Origin: a virus
Taxonomy: Duplodnaviria > Caudoviricetes
Reading direction: 5' to 3' (one strand)
DNA: 64,000 nucleotides
Virus record (IMG/VR): IMGVR_UViG_3300029798_000001
Position numbers and translations under genes: made by a program. Below the pieces are notes generated by a model. The model searched no databases. It was not told where the DNA came from and worked only from the letters and a program-made list of their open reading frames with translations. This document shows, in pieces, positions 56,311 to 64,000 of the stretch (its first letter is position 1; each line of letters starts with the position of its first letter).

Positions 56311-57312
56311 ATGAAATATGTCTTAATTGATACCGCAAATCTCTTCTTCCGTGCCAGACACGGTGCTTTCCGTGCCAGCGATACTTGGGAAAAGATTGGA
56401 TTTGCACTTCATATTACCCTAATGGCCGCTAACAAAATGGCCCGTAGGTTTGAAGCAGATCACGTGGTTTTTGCCTTAGAAGGGCGTAGTTGGCGTAAGG
56501 ATATGTATAAACCTTACAAAAATAACCGTGCTGTAGCCCGAGCTGCCCTAACTGAAGAGCAAGCAGAAGAAGATAAGATGTTCTGGGAAACGTATGATTC
56601 TTTGACTAAATACTTGTCTGAAAGGACCAATTGCTCAGTCATTAGGTGCCCAACAGCAGAAGGTGACGATATCATTGCTCGCTGGATTGCATTACATCCC
56701 CGAGACGAACATGTAGTAATTTCAAGCGATACTGACTTTGTGCAGTTGCTTGCTTCAAATGTTAAACAATATAACGGAATTACAGACGAATTACACACTA
56801 TAGAAGGAATCTTCGATGCCAAAGGTAAACCAGTTATTGACAAAAAAAGCAAGGAGCCTAAGACTATTCCTGATCCGCAGTGGCTTCTCTTCGAGAAGTG
56901 TATGCGCGGTGACAGCTCAGATAATGTCTTCTCGGCATTCCCTGGCGTTCGGACGAAAGGTACCAAAAACAAAGTCGGCCTACAAGAAGCGTATTCTGAC
57001 AAGGATAAAAAAGGTTACAGTTGGAACAACCTTATGCTGCAAAGATGGACTGACCCAGACGGTGTTGAGCATCGTGTCCTAGATGATTACGAACGCAATC
57101 GTACGCTAATTGATTTAACAGCACAACCAGAAGAAATTAAACAAGTAGTAGACACTTGCATTCGTGAGCAGATTAGTCACAAAGACATTGGGCAAGTCGG
57201 TGTGCGTTTTATGCAGTTCTGCGGAAAATATGAATTAAACAAGTGTAGCGAGTCAGCCGATTCATTTGGTCGGTGGTTGAATGAAACTTATAAAGGCGTG
57301 TTAAATGGCTAA
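56311..57312 (+). CDS. rnh: T4-type RNase H / 5'-3' flap exonuclease
   Basis: LIDTAN, EGDDII, SSDTDF and GDSSDNV. Confidence 0.9.
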   Translation: MKYVLIDTANLFFRARHGAFRASDTWEKIGFALHITLMAANKMARRFEADHVVFALEGRSWRKDMYKPYKNNRAVARAALTEEQAEEDKMFWETYDSLTKYLSERTNCSVIRCPTAEGDDIIARWIALHPRDEHVVISSDTDFVQLLASNVKQYNGITDELHTIEGIFDAKGKPVIDKKSKEPKTIPDPQWLLFEKCMRGDSSDNVFSAFPGVRTKGTKNKVGLQEAYSDKDKKGYSWNNLMLQRWTDPDGVEHRVLDDYERNRTLIDLTAQPEEIKQVVDTCIREQISHKDIGQVGVRFMQFCGKYELNKCSESADSFGRWLNETYKGVLNG

Positions 57313-57496
57313 GGACATTTTTTGGGTCACAGTGACATTTGGTATTTTAATTGCAATATTAACATTAGTATTACTACCAGGTAGCAACGGTAGTGTAGTT
57401 GTTGTACAATATGATTGCCGGATATTGATCGGTGGTTGGCATCCAGATGTGCCAGTAGCAGTACAAGAAGAATGTAGGAAAAGGAGTAACAAATGA
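57305..57496 (+). CDS. Small membrane protein
   Basis: One TM segment, coupled ORF. Confidence 0.5.
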   Translation: MAKDIFWVTVTFGILIAILTLVLLPGSNGSVVVVQYDCRILIGGWHPDVPVAVQEECRKRSNK

Positions 57497-57945
57497 CACT
57501 AATAGCTCTACCAGTAGTAGACAAACAATATTGGATTTTAAAAGATAACGACCGCAAGGTTGGTAATGTAGAAGCCTGTGCAGGCGGCTATCAAGTTAAA
57601 ATCAACAATCAGATAGCACAATATAAAACTATCAAGATGGTCGAACAGCGAGTTAACATACATTTTGAACCATTGGCTAAACCTATAAAAATAAAAACAC
57701 CAACTAACTTAGTACACGGGTATCCTGTGCCGGGTCGCATGTATAATCCTATGTGGGATCTTTCACAAAAATTACCTGTCTATACCAAGACTGCCAAAAG
57801 TAAAAGTTGGTTTTCTGCTGGATGGTATCGGGTAAAGAAAGGTCGTGCGTGGCAAGTACTACAAGGACCAAAACTAATTATGTTACAACGATATCCATAT
57901 CACGGTCCGTTCCATTTAAAAGAGGAAGCACAGAGTCATGACTAA
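57493..57945 (+). CDS. Hypothetical protein
   Basis: Coupled ORF. Confidence 0.6.
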   Translation: MTLIALPVVDKQYWILKDNDRKVGNVEACAGGYQVKINNQIAQYKTIKMVEQRVNIHFEPLAKPIKIKTPTNLVHGYPVPGRMYNPMWDLSQKLPVYTKTAKSKSWFSAGWYRVKKGRAWQVLQGPKLIMLQRYPYHGPFHLKEEAQSHD

Positions 57946-58306
57946 TCCATTCCGTGATTCAGAAAAATTTATGATTTCTTGTGGACAAACAGTAGGCGAG
58001 GAAAATGTCAATCAGTATAAACTATACCTAGACTTAATCAACGAAGAAGTACAAGAGCTTAAAGACTCAACCACACCAGTAGACGACCTTGATGCATTAG
58101 TTGATATTTTAGTTGTTACTATAGGTGCTATCCATTCGATGGGTGCCGACGGTGAAGGTGCCTGGAGAGAAGTCATGTCAACTAACTTTGCTAAGATCGA
58201 TAGGGTAACCGGTAAAGTTCGCAAGCGTGAAGATGGTAAGGTATTAAAACCCGAAGGGTGGACTGCTCCTGACTTAATGAAATATGTAAACAGGAATCAT
58301 CAATGA
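57938..58306 (+). CDS. MazG-like all-alpha NTP pyrophosphohydrolase
   Basis: LINEEVQEL, DALVDILVV, STNFAK and DGKVLKP. Confidence 0.8.
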   Translation: MTNPFRDSEKFMISCGQTVGEENVNQYKLYLDLINEEVQELKDSTTPVDDLDALVDILVVTIGAIHSMGADGEGAWREVMSTNFAKIDRVTGKVRKREDGKVLKPEGWTAPDLMKYVNRNHQ

Positions 58307-58512
58307 GCATTTACCTACAAAAGTTTGTGGACCGTGTTAGAGGGCTAGAGGCTCGCGGAGCCAAAGACTTTACTATGAGCATGGCAGATGCCAAAGACTT
58401 GCACGCCGATATTACTAGACTGCTTATTGACCTGCAAACCCTGCGTGAACAAGCACTAACAACACCAACAGAAGAAGTAATTACAATTAAAATGGACGGT
58501 GGAACTTTCTAA
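58303..58512 (+). CDS. Hypothetical protein
   Basis: Coupled ORF. Confidence 0.6.
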   Translation: MSIYLQKFVDRVRGLEARGAKDFTMSMADAKDLHADITRLLIDLQTLREQALTTPTEEVITIKMDGGTF

Positions 58513-58554
58513 AAGTACCTATATTTTAGCATAAATAAATGTAGGAGTATTATA

Positions 58555-58842
58555 ATGTCCAGACCAAAGCCTACAGTACTAGTCGAAATAACTAACAAGT
58601 CTACCTATAAGACCGAGCAGGTATTGTCCAGCGAGGGTATATGGGCGGTATTTTTTGATAGTAACCCGATTAACCTCAAGACCAGCAATTTATTGGTGCA
58701 ATATCCCGGTCCCAAATATAAAAAAGTTTCGTTCTCTAATCCTGGGCATGCTATTAACCTCGCCCGCAAACTTAACACACAATTTAAAACAGAAAAGTTT
58801 TCTGTGGTATTACTCACAGCCGGCGACAAAGTTTATCCATAA
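58555..58842 (+). CDS. Hypothetical protein
   Basis: RBS AGGAG; TAAATA at 58532. Confidence 0.65.
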   Translation: MSRPKPTVLVEITNKSTYKTEQVLSSEGIWAVFFDSNPINLKTSNLLVQYPGPKYKKVSFSNPGHAINLARKLNTQFKTEKFSVVLLTAGDKVYP

Positions 58843-58843
58843 T

Positions 58844-59215
58844 GTGCGTAATAAAAAGAAACTTACAGAAGAACTAGTTAAGCAACTAGATCCTGAACTC
58901 GGACGTACAGTCAAGAGATCATTACATACCTGGTGGTTTAATATACGAAATAACGGCGGCATGAGATTAACCACTGCTGGCTATCGTGTATTTTGTGATG
59001 AGTTAGATCTTACTTATTATGAATTTTCTATCAATAATCCGCACGATTTTAATCAACATATGATATTAGAATTAGATAGCAAATTACAAATGCCGTACTA
59101 CATTCACGCGACTAAAGGGATACCCAAAAAGATTGTATTTTTTGGTAGCCAGGAAGCTATTATGGTTAATTTGTACGGCGATCTTAAAAAGTATCTTGAC
59201 AACTACGAGCCCTAG
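58844..59215 (+). CDS. Hypothetical protein
   Basis: Likely GTG start at 58844, immediately after the upstream stop. Confidence 0.55.
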   Translation: MRNKKKLTEELVKQLDPELGRTVKRSLHTWWFNIRNNGGMRLTTAGYRVFCDELDLTYYEFSINNPHDFNQHMILELDSKLQMPYYIHATKGIPKKIVFFGSQEAIMVNLYGDLKKYLDNYEP

Positions 59216-59224
59216 TGTTATACT
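59196..59224 (+). promoter_or_regulatory. sigma70 promoter for the tRNA
   Basis: TTGACA-17-TATACT, ending 10 nt upstream of the tRNA. Confidence 0.85.
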
Positions 59225-59233
59225 GTTATTGTT

Positions 59234-59311
59234 GGGCGGTTAGCATAGTAGGTTAATGCCGGCGACTCATAATCGTCAGAGTGATAGGTTCAAATCCTTC
59301 ACCGCCCACCA
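59234..59311 (+). tRNA. tRNA with CAT anticodon (elongator Met or lysidine Ile2)
   Basis: GGGCGGT/ACCGCCC acceptor stem, GCAT/ATGC D-stem, anticodon loop CTCATAA, TTCAAAT T-loop, encoded CCA; G1:C72 excludes the initiator. Confidence 0.9.
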
Positions 59312-59331
59312 AATAAGGTAAATACTAGACC

Positions 59332-59499
59332 GTGGAACAGCAAAAGAAACCCGTTAACCAGTATTACTATTCCGAAAAAGAATGGGCAAGATTGGGTTGT
59401 GGCCCGTTGCCCGACGAGCGTGATCGTTCTAAATTACTAGATGCTCATGCAAAAGGTAATCCAAAGGTTGACAATAATATAGTAAAAGGATATAATTAA
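59332..59499 (+). CDS. Small hypothetical protein
   Basis: 55-aa GTG-start ORF read manually; TAAATA at 59319. Confidence 0.45.
   Translation: MEQQKKPVNQYYYSEKEWARLGCGPLPDERDRSKLLDAHAKGNPKVDNNIVKGYN
59468..59496 (+). promoter_or_regulatory. sigma70 promoter (perfect consensus) upstream of cspA
   Basis: TTGACA-17-TATAAT. Confidence 0.85.
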
Positions 59500-59618
59500 C
59501 GATCATGATATGGTTAGCTATTTTTATTATCGGCGCTGTTGCAATGTATTTGTTAATTGAGCTAAAAGATTGGCTCGACAATGATCAGTAGTTAAAATTT
59601 AAAAGGAAGTATAGTAAA

Positions 59619-59822
59619 ATGGCATTTGGTAAAGTAAAATGGTTTAACGACGCAAAAGGTTTTGGTTTTATTACCCCCGATGGTGGTGGTGAAGATTTGT
59701 TTGCACATTTCTCAGCAATCGGTGGAAGTGGATTTAAAACTCTTAAAGAGAATCAAGCGGTACAGTTTGATGTAACGCAAGGCCCAAAAGGCAAACAAGC
59801 ATCGAATATTATACCTGCGTAA
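59619..59822 (+). CDS. cspA: Cold-shock protein
   Basis: [15 protein letters not shown] (RNP1) and LFAHFSAI (RNP2). Confidence 0.97.
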   Translation: MAFGKVKWFNDAKGFGFITPDGGGEDLFAHFSAIGGSGFKTLKENQAVQFDVTQGPKGKQASNIIPA

Positions 59823-59919
59823 GCTGGTACTAACAGAATTGTTGTAACGTGGGCGCAGGGGTTAAATCCTGCGGACCATTTAGGTTGATTTTTAATTCGT
59901 TTTCTGCTACAATAGTAGT

Positions 59920-60531
59920 ATGAGAGTAAAGAATTTTGAGGTCGATTTAGATTCTGTAGAAGATTGCCAAAAGCTAATTAATCGACTTAAAAGTAATATA
60001 GGCGAACTTCGAATATTAACACACGGCTCTAAAAAGCAAAGAGTCCGTTCTGTATTTGAAGCTTGTCAAAAGATATACAATACCGATATCAGCGACTTGT
60101 ATCGTCATTTAGATTTGGATCCAAACCCGATTTATTATGTCTATACACATTCGGAACCTTCTAAAAAGATTGCTATAGGCAAAAACGGTATCAGTACTTT
60201 TGCGGCGACATTAGGAATGGAGTTAATTCCGTTCTATGTAGGCAAGGGTGTTGGCGATAGAGCTTACGATTTAAACCGCAACGAGACGCATCGTAAAGTA
60301 AGACAAAAACTTCAGCAGTTCGGGCAGGAAGTATCTGTTAAAATATTAAAATCTGGACTTACTGAGATGGGAGCATTAATATTAGAATCTAAATTAATCG
60401 ATATGTTCGGACTAATAGCTTCGGGCGGTAAATTAGTAAATTTGGACGAAGGTGTAAATAGTAAAGAACGACGCTTAAAATATAAAGACGAGCTTCGTGA
60501 GATAAGTATGTTATATAAGAATTCTGTCTGA
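59920..60531 (+). mobile_element. GIY-YIG nuclease adjacent to the tmRNA gene
   Basis: YYVY...PFYVGKG.G.RA...ALILE..LI...LVN; promoter TTGATT-17-TACAAT at 59885-59913. Confidence 0.75.
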
Positions 60532-60870
60532 AGTTAGACTGAAAGCTATGCAAGACGCGGAGTGGTGCCCGCCACCTCCACCACAAGCATACTGTGATGC
60601 GTTACCCAGCGTGAAGTTAAGAGGGTGAAAACAGTATGCTTTTGATGGGGGTGTATAATCCTTTCGATTGTGTAGGAAGTAAGAATAATTAGGAATCGGT
60701 AGGCGATGACCGTATAAATCAAGCAAATCTCGTAAATGCAAACGCAAATACAGGCGAAGTAACTGTTTCGGGCAAGGGCGTTAAGTTCTCTGCTCGTACA
60801 GCGAAAGCCGAATCTTTCGCAGTTTAATCACCGCGATTGCGGAGTTATCCGTAGAAACAGAAAATAACAG
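60520..60870 (+). ncRNA. ssrA: Circularly permuted two-piece tmRNA (outer ends approximate)
   Basis: Acceptor piece ...GACGCGG-AGTGGTGC-CCGC-CACCTCC-A-CCA (to 60583) precedes the coding piece GGGGGTG (60647); G3.U70 pair; CTATGCAA/TTGTGTAG helix; resume context TAAAT|GCAAAC; tag ORF 60738-60827. Confidence 0.85.
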
Positions 60871-60896
60871 ATAGGGGCTTCGGCCCCTATTCTTTT
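60871..60896 (+). terminator. Intrinsic terminator after the tmRNA
   Basis: ATAGGGGC-TTCG-GCCCCTAT followed by TCTTTT. Confidence 0.85.
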
Positions 60897-60927
60897 GACA
60901 AAATAATACAAAAATAAGACTTTTCTA

Positions 60928-60956
60928 TTGCTCTGCAACGACAAATACTATATACT
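60928..60956 (+). promoter_or_regulatory. sigma70-like promoter for glnK-amtB
   Basis: TTGCTC-17-TATACT. Confidence 0.6.
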
Positions 60957-60983
60957 AGTAGTATTAATCACGAAAGGCATATT

Positions 60984-61322
60984 ATGAAATTAATCACAGC
61001 AGTAATCAAGCCCTTTAAACTAGACGAAGTTCGAGAAGGTCTAGCCGAGGTTGGCATCACTGGGTTAACTGTAACAGAAGTCAAAGGCGTTGGGCGGCAA
61101 AAAGGCCATACCGAGTTGTATCGCGGTGCTGAGTATGTAGTAGATTTTTTACCCAAGGTTAAAGTCGAAGCAATCGTTGAGGAGGGCTTAGTTGATCGTG
61201 CTATTGAGGCCATTATCAAATCTTCCAAGACCGGTAAAATTGGTGACGGTAAGATTTGGGTTACCGCAATTGAAGGCCTGGTTCGTATTCGTACAGGTGA
61301 ATCTGGAAAGGATGCAGTATAA
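60984..61322 (+). CDS. glnK: P-II nitrogen regulatory protein
   Basis: 112 aa; KPFKLDEV, RQKGHTELYRGAEY (Tyr51), TGKIGDGKI and RIRTGE; directly upstream of amtB. Confidence 0.97.
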   Translation: MKLITAVIKPFKLDEVREGLAEVGITGLTVTEVKGVGRQKGHTELYRGAEYVVDFLPKVKVEAIVEEGLVDRAIEAIIKSSKTGKIGDGKIWVTAIEGLVRIRTGESGKDAV

Positions 61323-62698
61323 TGAAAAAATTACTAACAGCATTAGCATTGTTCGCAGTATCGGCAGTGGCATTGGCCGCAGATGCTCCGGTGCCTAACC
61401 CGGGTAATACCGCTTGGGTATTGACTAGTACAATCTTAGTAACACTCATGGCTATTCCAGGCCTTGCATTGTTCTATGGTGGACTAGTTCGTAGTAAAAA
61501 TATGTTGAGTGTGCTCATGCAGACCTTTGTAGTATTTGCTCTCATGGGTGTTCTTTGGACGGTGTTTGGTTACACACTAGCATTTACAGCAGGTACACCA
61601 TTTATTGGTAGTATTGACAAGTTGTTCTTGTTGGGTATTACTCCGGACTCTGTAGCGGCAACATTTAGTAAAGGTGTTGTTATTCCTGAGTTTAGTTTTG
61701 TAGCCTTTCAACTTACCTTTGCCGCAATCACTCCGGCACTGATTATTGGTGCGTTTGCCGAGCGTGTTAAGTTTGGCGCCTTGTTGGCATTTATTACCAT
61801 TTGGTTTATCTTTGCTTACTTGCCCATGGCACACATGGTTTGGTATTGGGACGGCCCTGATGCTATTACCAGTGCCGCCACATTAGAAGCAGTCACTAAT
61901 TCAGCAGGCTGGTTGTGGGCCAAGGGTGCTTTAGACTTTGCCGGAGGTACAGTAGTTCATATCAATGCTGGTATTGCTGGCTTGGTTGGTGCTATCATGT
62001 TAGGCCGTCGTGTTGGTCTTGGTAAAGAAAATATGAGTCCACACTCATTGACACTTACTATGGTTGGTGCCGCATTGTTGTGGGTAGGTTGGTTTGGCTT
62101 CAACGCTGGATCTAATCTCGAAGCCACAGGTGTTGCTGCTCTTGCAGTTGTAAACACAATGGTTGCCACAGCAATGGCTGTATTAAGTTGGTCTGGAGTT
62201 GAGAAGTTGTTCAAAGGTAAAGCAAGTATGTTAGGGGCCGCATCTGGTGCTGTAGCAGGCTTGGTTGCGATTACTCCTGCTGCTGGTTTTGTAGGACCGA
62301 TTGGTGCGTTAGTAATTGGGTTGGTTGTTAGTCCGATTTGTTTTTTCTTTGTTGACAAAGTTAAACGCACATTTGGGTACGATGACGCACTTGATGTATT
62401 TGGTATTCACGGTGTAGGTGGTATTGTTGGTGCTATCCTCACTGGAGTGTTTGTTGCTCCATACCTAGGTGGTACTGGTGTATACGACTATGTGGCCAAC
62501 AAGGTAGCAGACTTCGATATGGTGGCTCAACTTACAGCTCAATTATGGGCAGTGGGTACAGCCGTAGTGTTAAGCGGTGTAGTATCCGTAGTAGCATTCA
62601 AGTTAATTGACCTAGTCATTGGCCTGCGTGTTCCAGAAGAAGATGAACGAGAAGGGTTGGACATCACTTCACACGGTGAAACAGCGTATCACAATTAA
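61322..62698 (+). CDS. amtB: Ammonium transporter
   Basis: Signal peptide; FQLTFA, HMVW, DFAGGTVVH, WFGFNAGS, DVFGIHG and EREGLD...HGE. Confidence 0.97.
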   Translation: MKKLLTALALFAVSAVALAADAPVPNPGNTAWVLTSTILVTLMAIPGLALFYGGLVRSKNMLSVLMQTFVVFALMGVLWTVFGYTLAFTAGTPFIGSIDKLFLLGITPDSVAATFSKGVVIPEFSFVAFQLTFAAITPALIIGAFAERVKFGALLAFITIWFIFAYLPMAHMVWYWDGPDAITSAATLEAVTNSAGWLWAKGALDFAGGTVVHINAGIAGLVGAIMLGRRVGLGKENMSPHSLTLTMVGAALLWVGWFGFNAGSNLEATGVAALAVVNTMVATAMAVLSWSGVEKLFKGKASMLGAASGAVAGLVAITPAAGFVGPIGALVIGLVVSPICFFFVDKVKRTFGYDDALDVFGIHGVGGIVGAILTGVFVAPYLGGTGVYDYVANKVADFDMVAQLTAQLWAVGTAVVLSGVVSVVAFKLIDLVIGLRVPEEDEREGLDITSHGETAYHN

Positions 62699-62711
62699 AG
62701 TAGTCGTTAAT

Positions 62712-62745
62712 GATAAAAAGGTGGCATTTCTGCCACCTTTTTATC
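62712..62745. terminator. Bidirectional terminator-like hairpin
   Basis: 15-bp perfect stem GATAAAAAGGTGGCA-TTTC-TGCCACCTTTTTATC. Confidence 0.85.
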
Positions 62746-62820
62746 GTGGGTCAGTAAAAACCACTAAATATTATTCACGGGACATATATCTATGCCCTAT
62801 CTTAAAAGGAAATAAATCAA

Positions 62821-63564
62821 ATGAAAAAAGTACTATTAGCAATTCTTGCTCTGGCTGGCATTACCGCGGCTCACGCTCAGGTAACTGGCAATTTAGGGTT
62901 AGCTTCTGACTACCGCTTCCGTGGTATCAGTCAAAGCCAAAATGCTCCTGCTGTTCAGGGCGGCGTTGACTATGCTCACTCTAGTGGTTTGTATATTGGT
63001 AACTGGAACTCATCAGTTTCTAGCCAAGTATATACAAATGGCGCTGGTGTTGAGTCTGACTTGTACGCAGGTTGGAAAAAAGATATTTACAAAGGTCTGA
63101 CATTGGATGTTGGTTCTTATAACTATTTCTATCCTCGTGCTACAGCAGCAAAAACTGGTTCAAACTTTGATACTTATGAAGCATTCTTAGGTTTAGGGTA
63201 TGGTCCTTTAGCTGTTAAGTATAGCCAAACACTGGGCAACGGTTACTTCGGTACTGTTAATGCCAAAAACTCAAACTACACAGGTGCTGATGTAAATCAA
63301 TCCTTTGAGCCACTAAGTGATACGTTGAAAGACTTGAGCTTCCTAGCTCACTATGGTCATACTTCGGTTGCTAATAGTTCTAACTTAAACTACAACGACA
63401 TGAATGTTGGTCTAGGTTATGTATTGCCAAAAGATTGGAATATTGCTGCCAGGTACTATACTAATAGTTCAATGACCAGCACTTTCCAAAATGCTAACAA
63501 TGTAAATGGACAGAAACTTTACAAAAATGCAGTTGTCGCAACATTGACAAAAACATTTGAATAA
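62821..63564 (+). CDS. TorF-family (TIGR02001-like) outer-membrane porin
   Basis: Signal peptide, SDYRFRGISQS...PAVQGGVDY, GNWNSSV, ESDLYAG and terminal TKTF; TAAATA at 62765. Confidence 0.85.
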   Translation: MKKVLLAILALAGITAAHAQVTGNLGLASDYRFRGISQSQNAPAVQGGVDYAHSSGLYIGNWNSSVSSQVYTNGAGVESDLYAGWKKDIYKGLTLDVGSYNYFYPRATAAKTGSNFDTYEAFLGLGYGPLAVKYSQTLGNGYFGTVNAKNSNYTGADVNQSFEPLSDTLKDLSFLAHYGHTSVANSSNLNYNDMNVGLGYVLPKDWNIAARYYTNSSMTSTFQNANNVNGQKLYKNAVVATLTKTFE

Positions 63565-63579
63565 TTATTCAATGTAACC

Positions 63580-63606
63580 AAAAAGGGCTCTTCGGAGCCT
63601 TTTTTT
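63580..63606 (+). terminator. Intrinsic terminator
   Basis: GGCTC-TTCG-GAGCC core stem followed by a T-run. Confidence 0.85.
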
Positions 63607-63614
63607 ACGGCTGG

Positions 63615-63643
63615 TTGACCTTATACACTAACTAGTATATACT
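63615..63643 (+). promoter_or_regulatory. sigma70 promoter
   Basis: TTGACC-17-TATACT. Confidence 0.7.
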
Positions 63644-63714
63644 GAGCACTTAGTTAAAAATATTTTAGGAAATTAGCAAATATAGGGGTTGACAAAGTAT
63701 AAATAACCCTACAT

Positions 63715-64000
63715 ATGAAACGAGCAATAATTCTAGGATGTAGTCACGCAGCCGGTACCGAAATAGATAATGGCCGTACCTGTAGTTACCCAGTTAAAAT
63801 TGCAGAACAGCTAGGATACACTCCGGAAAATTATGCCATTGCCGGTGGCAGTAATGATGCGATGTTTCGCATATATGAAGAACAACACCCAAGTCTTGAT
63901 AGTGCTGATATAATTATAGCCTGTTGGTCTGGCTACAATCGTACAGAGATTTGGAATGATAAAATCAAAAACTGGCAAGCTCTTGCTCCCGGTAAAACAG
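63715..64000 (+). CDS. SGNH-hydrolase-like protein, 3' partial
   Basis: ILGCSHAAG, GGSND and WSGYNR; TATAAATA at 63698. Confidence 0.6.
   Translation, partial: MKRAIILGCSHAAGTEIDNGRTCSYPVKIAEQLGYTPENYAIAGGSNDAMFRIYEEQHPSLDSADIIIACWSGYNRTEIWNDKIKNWQALAPGKT

Noticed and set aside
62712-62745. TGGCA in the hairpin as a sigma54 -24 element
   Set aside because: No correctly spaced TTGC -12 element; the sequence is part of a 15-bp terminator stem.
1-64000. Bacterial chromosome origin (clpA, dnaJ, nadE, glnK, amtB, galE)
   Set aside because: These genes are interleaved with a T4-type PolB, RNase H, lysis genes, homing endonucleases and late TAAATA promoters, nearly all on one strand.
1-64000. Alternative genetic code or stop-codon reassignment
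   Set aside because: Long ORFs tile the window under code 11, and TAA, TAG and TGA all end recognisable genes at expected lengths.

Overview
This 64 kb window is best read as part of a large lytic T4-like (jumbo-type) tailed-phage genome; glnK/amtB/TorF and cspA suggest a betaproteobacterial host (inference). Almost all genes are on the + strand, driven by near-consensus sigma70 promoters (TTGACA-17-TATAAT) and T4-late-like TAAATA elements. In order: (1) a lysis module (GH19 endolysin, spanin-like pair, 3-TM holin with an FG-repeat tail); (2) DnaJ and ClpA; (3) a ~15 kb late cluster of putative capsid-cargo proteins and polyproteins whose modules (nucleotidyltransferase, HExxH peptidase, sigma region 4, amidoligase, GH19, GNAT, ADP-ribosyltransferase, KOW, deaminase) are separated by (V/I/L)xE protease-type sites, several encoded by a recurring 15-nt repeat (QGVAE); (4) a family B DNA polymerase fractured by a split intein with a free-standing endonuclease between the halves; (5) a dispersed 7-deazaguanine pathway (TGT/DpdA-like, DpdL-like, FolE, QueD, QueE; no QueC seen) mixed with glycosylation genes; (6) NadE, Ugd, RNase H; (7) a CAT-anticodon tRNA, cspA, a circularly permuted two-piece tmRNA with a 29-codon tag, and a glnK-amtB-TorF ammonium uptake module. 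All family calls come from motif recognition by eye; no database searches were run.
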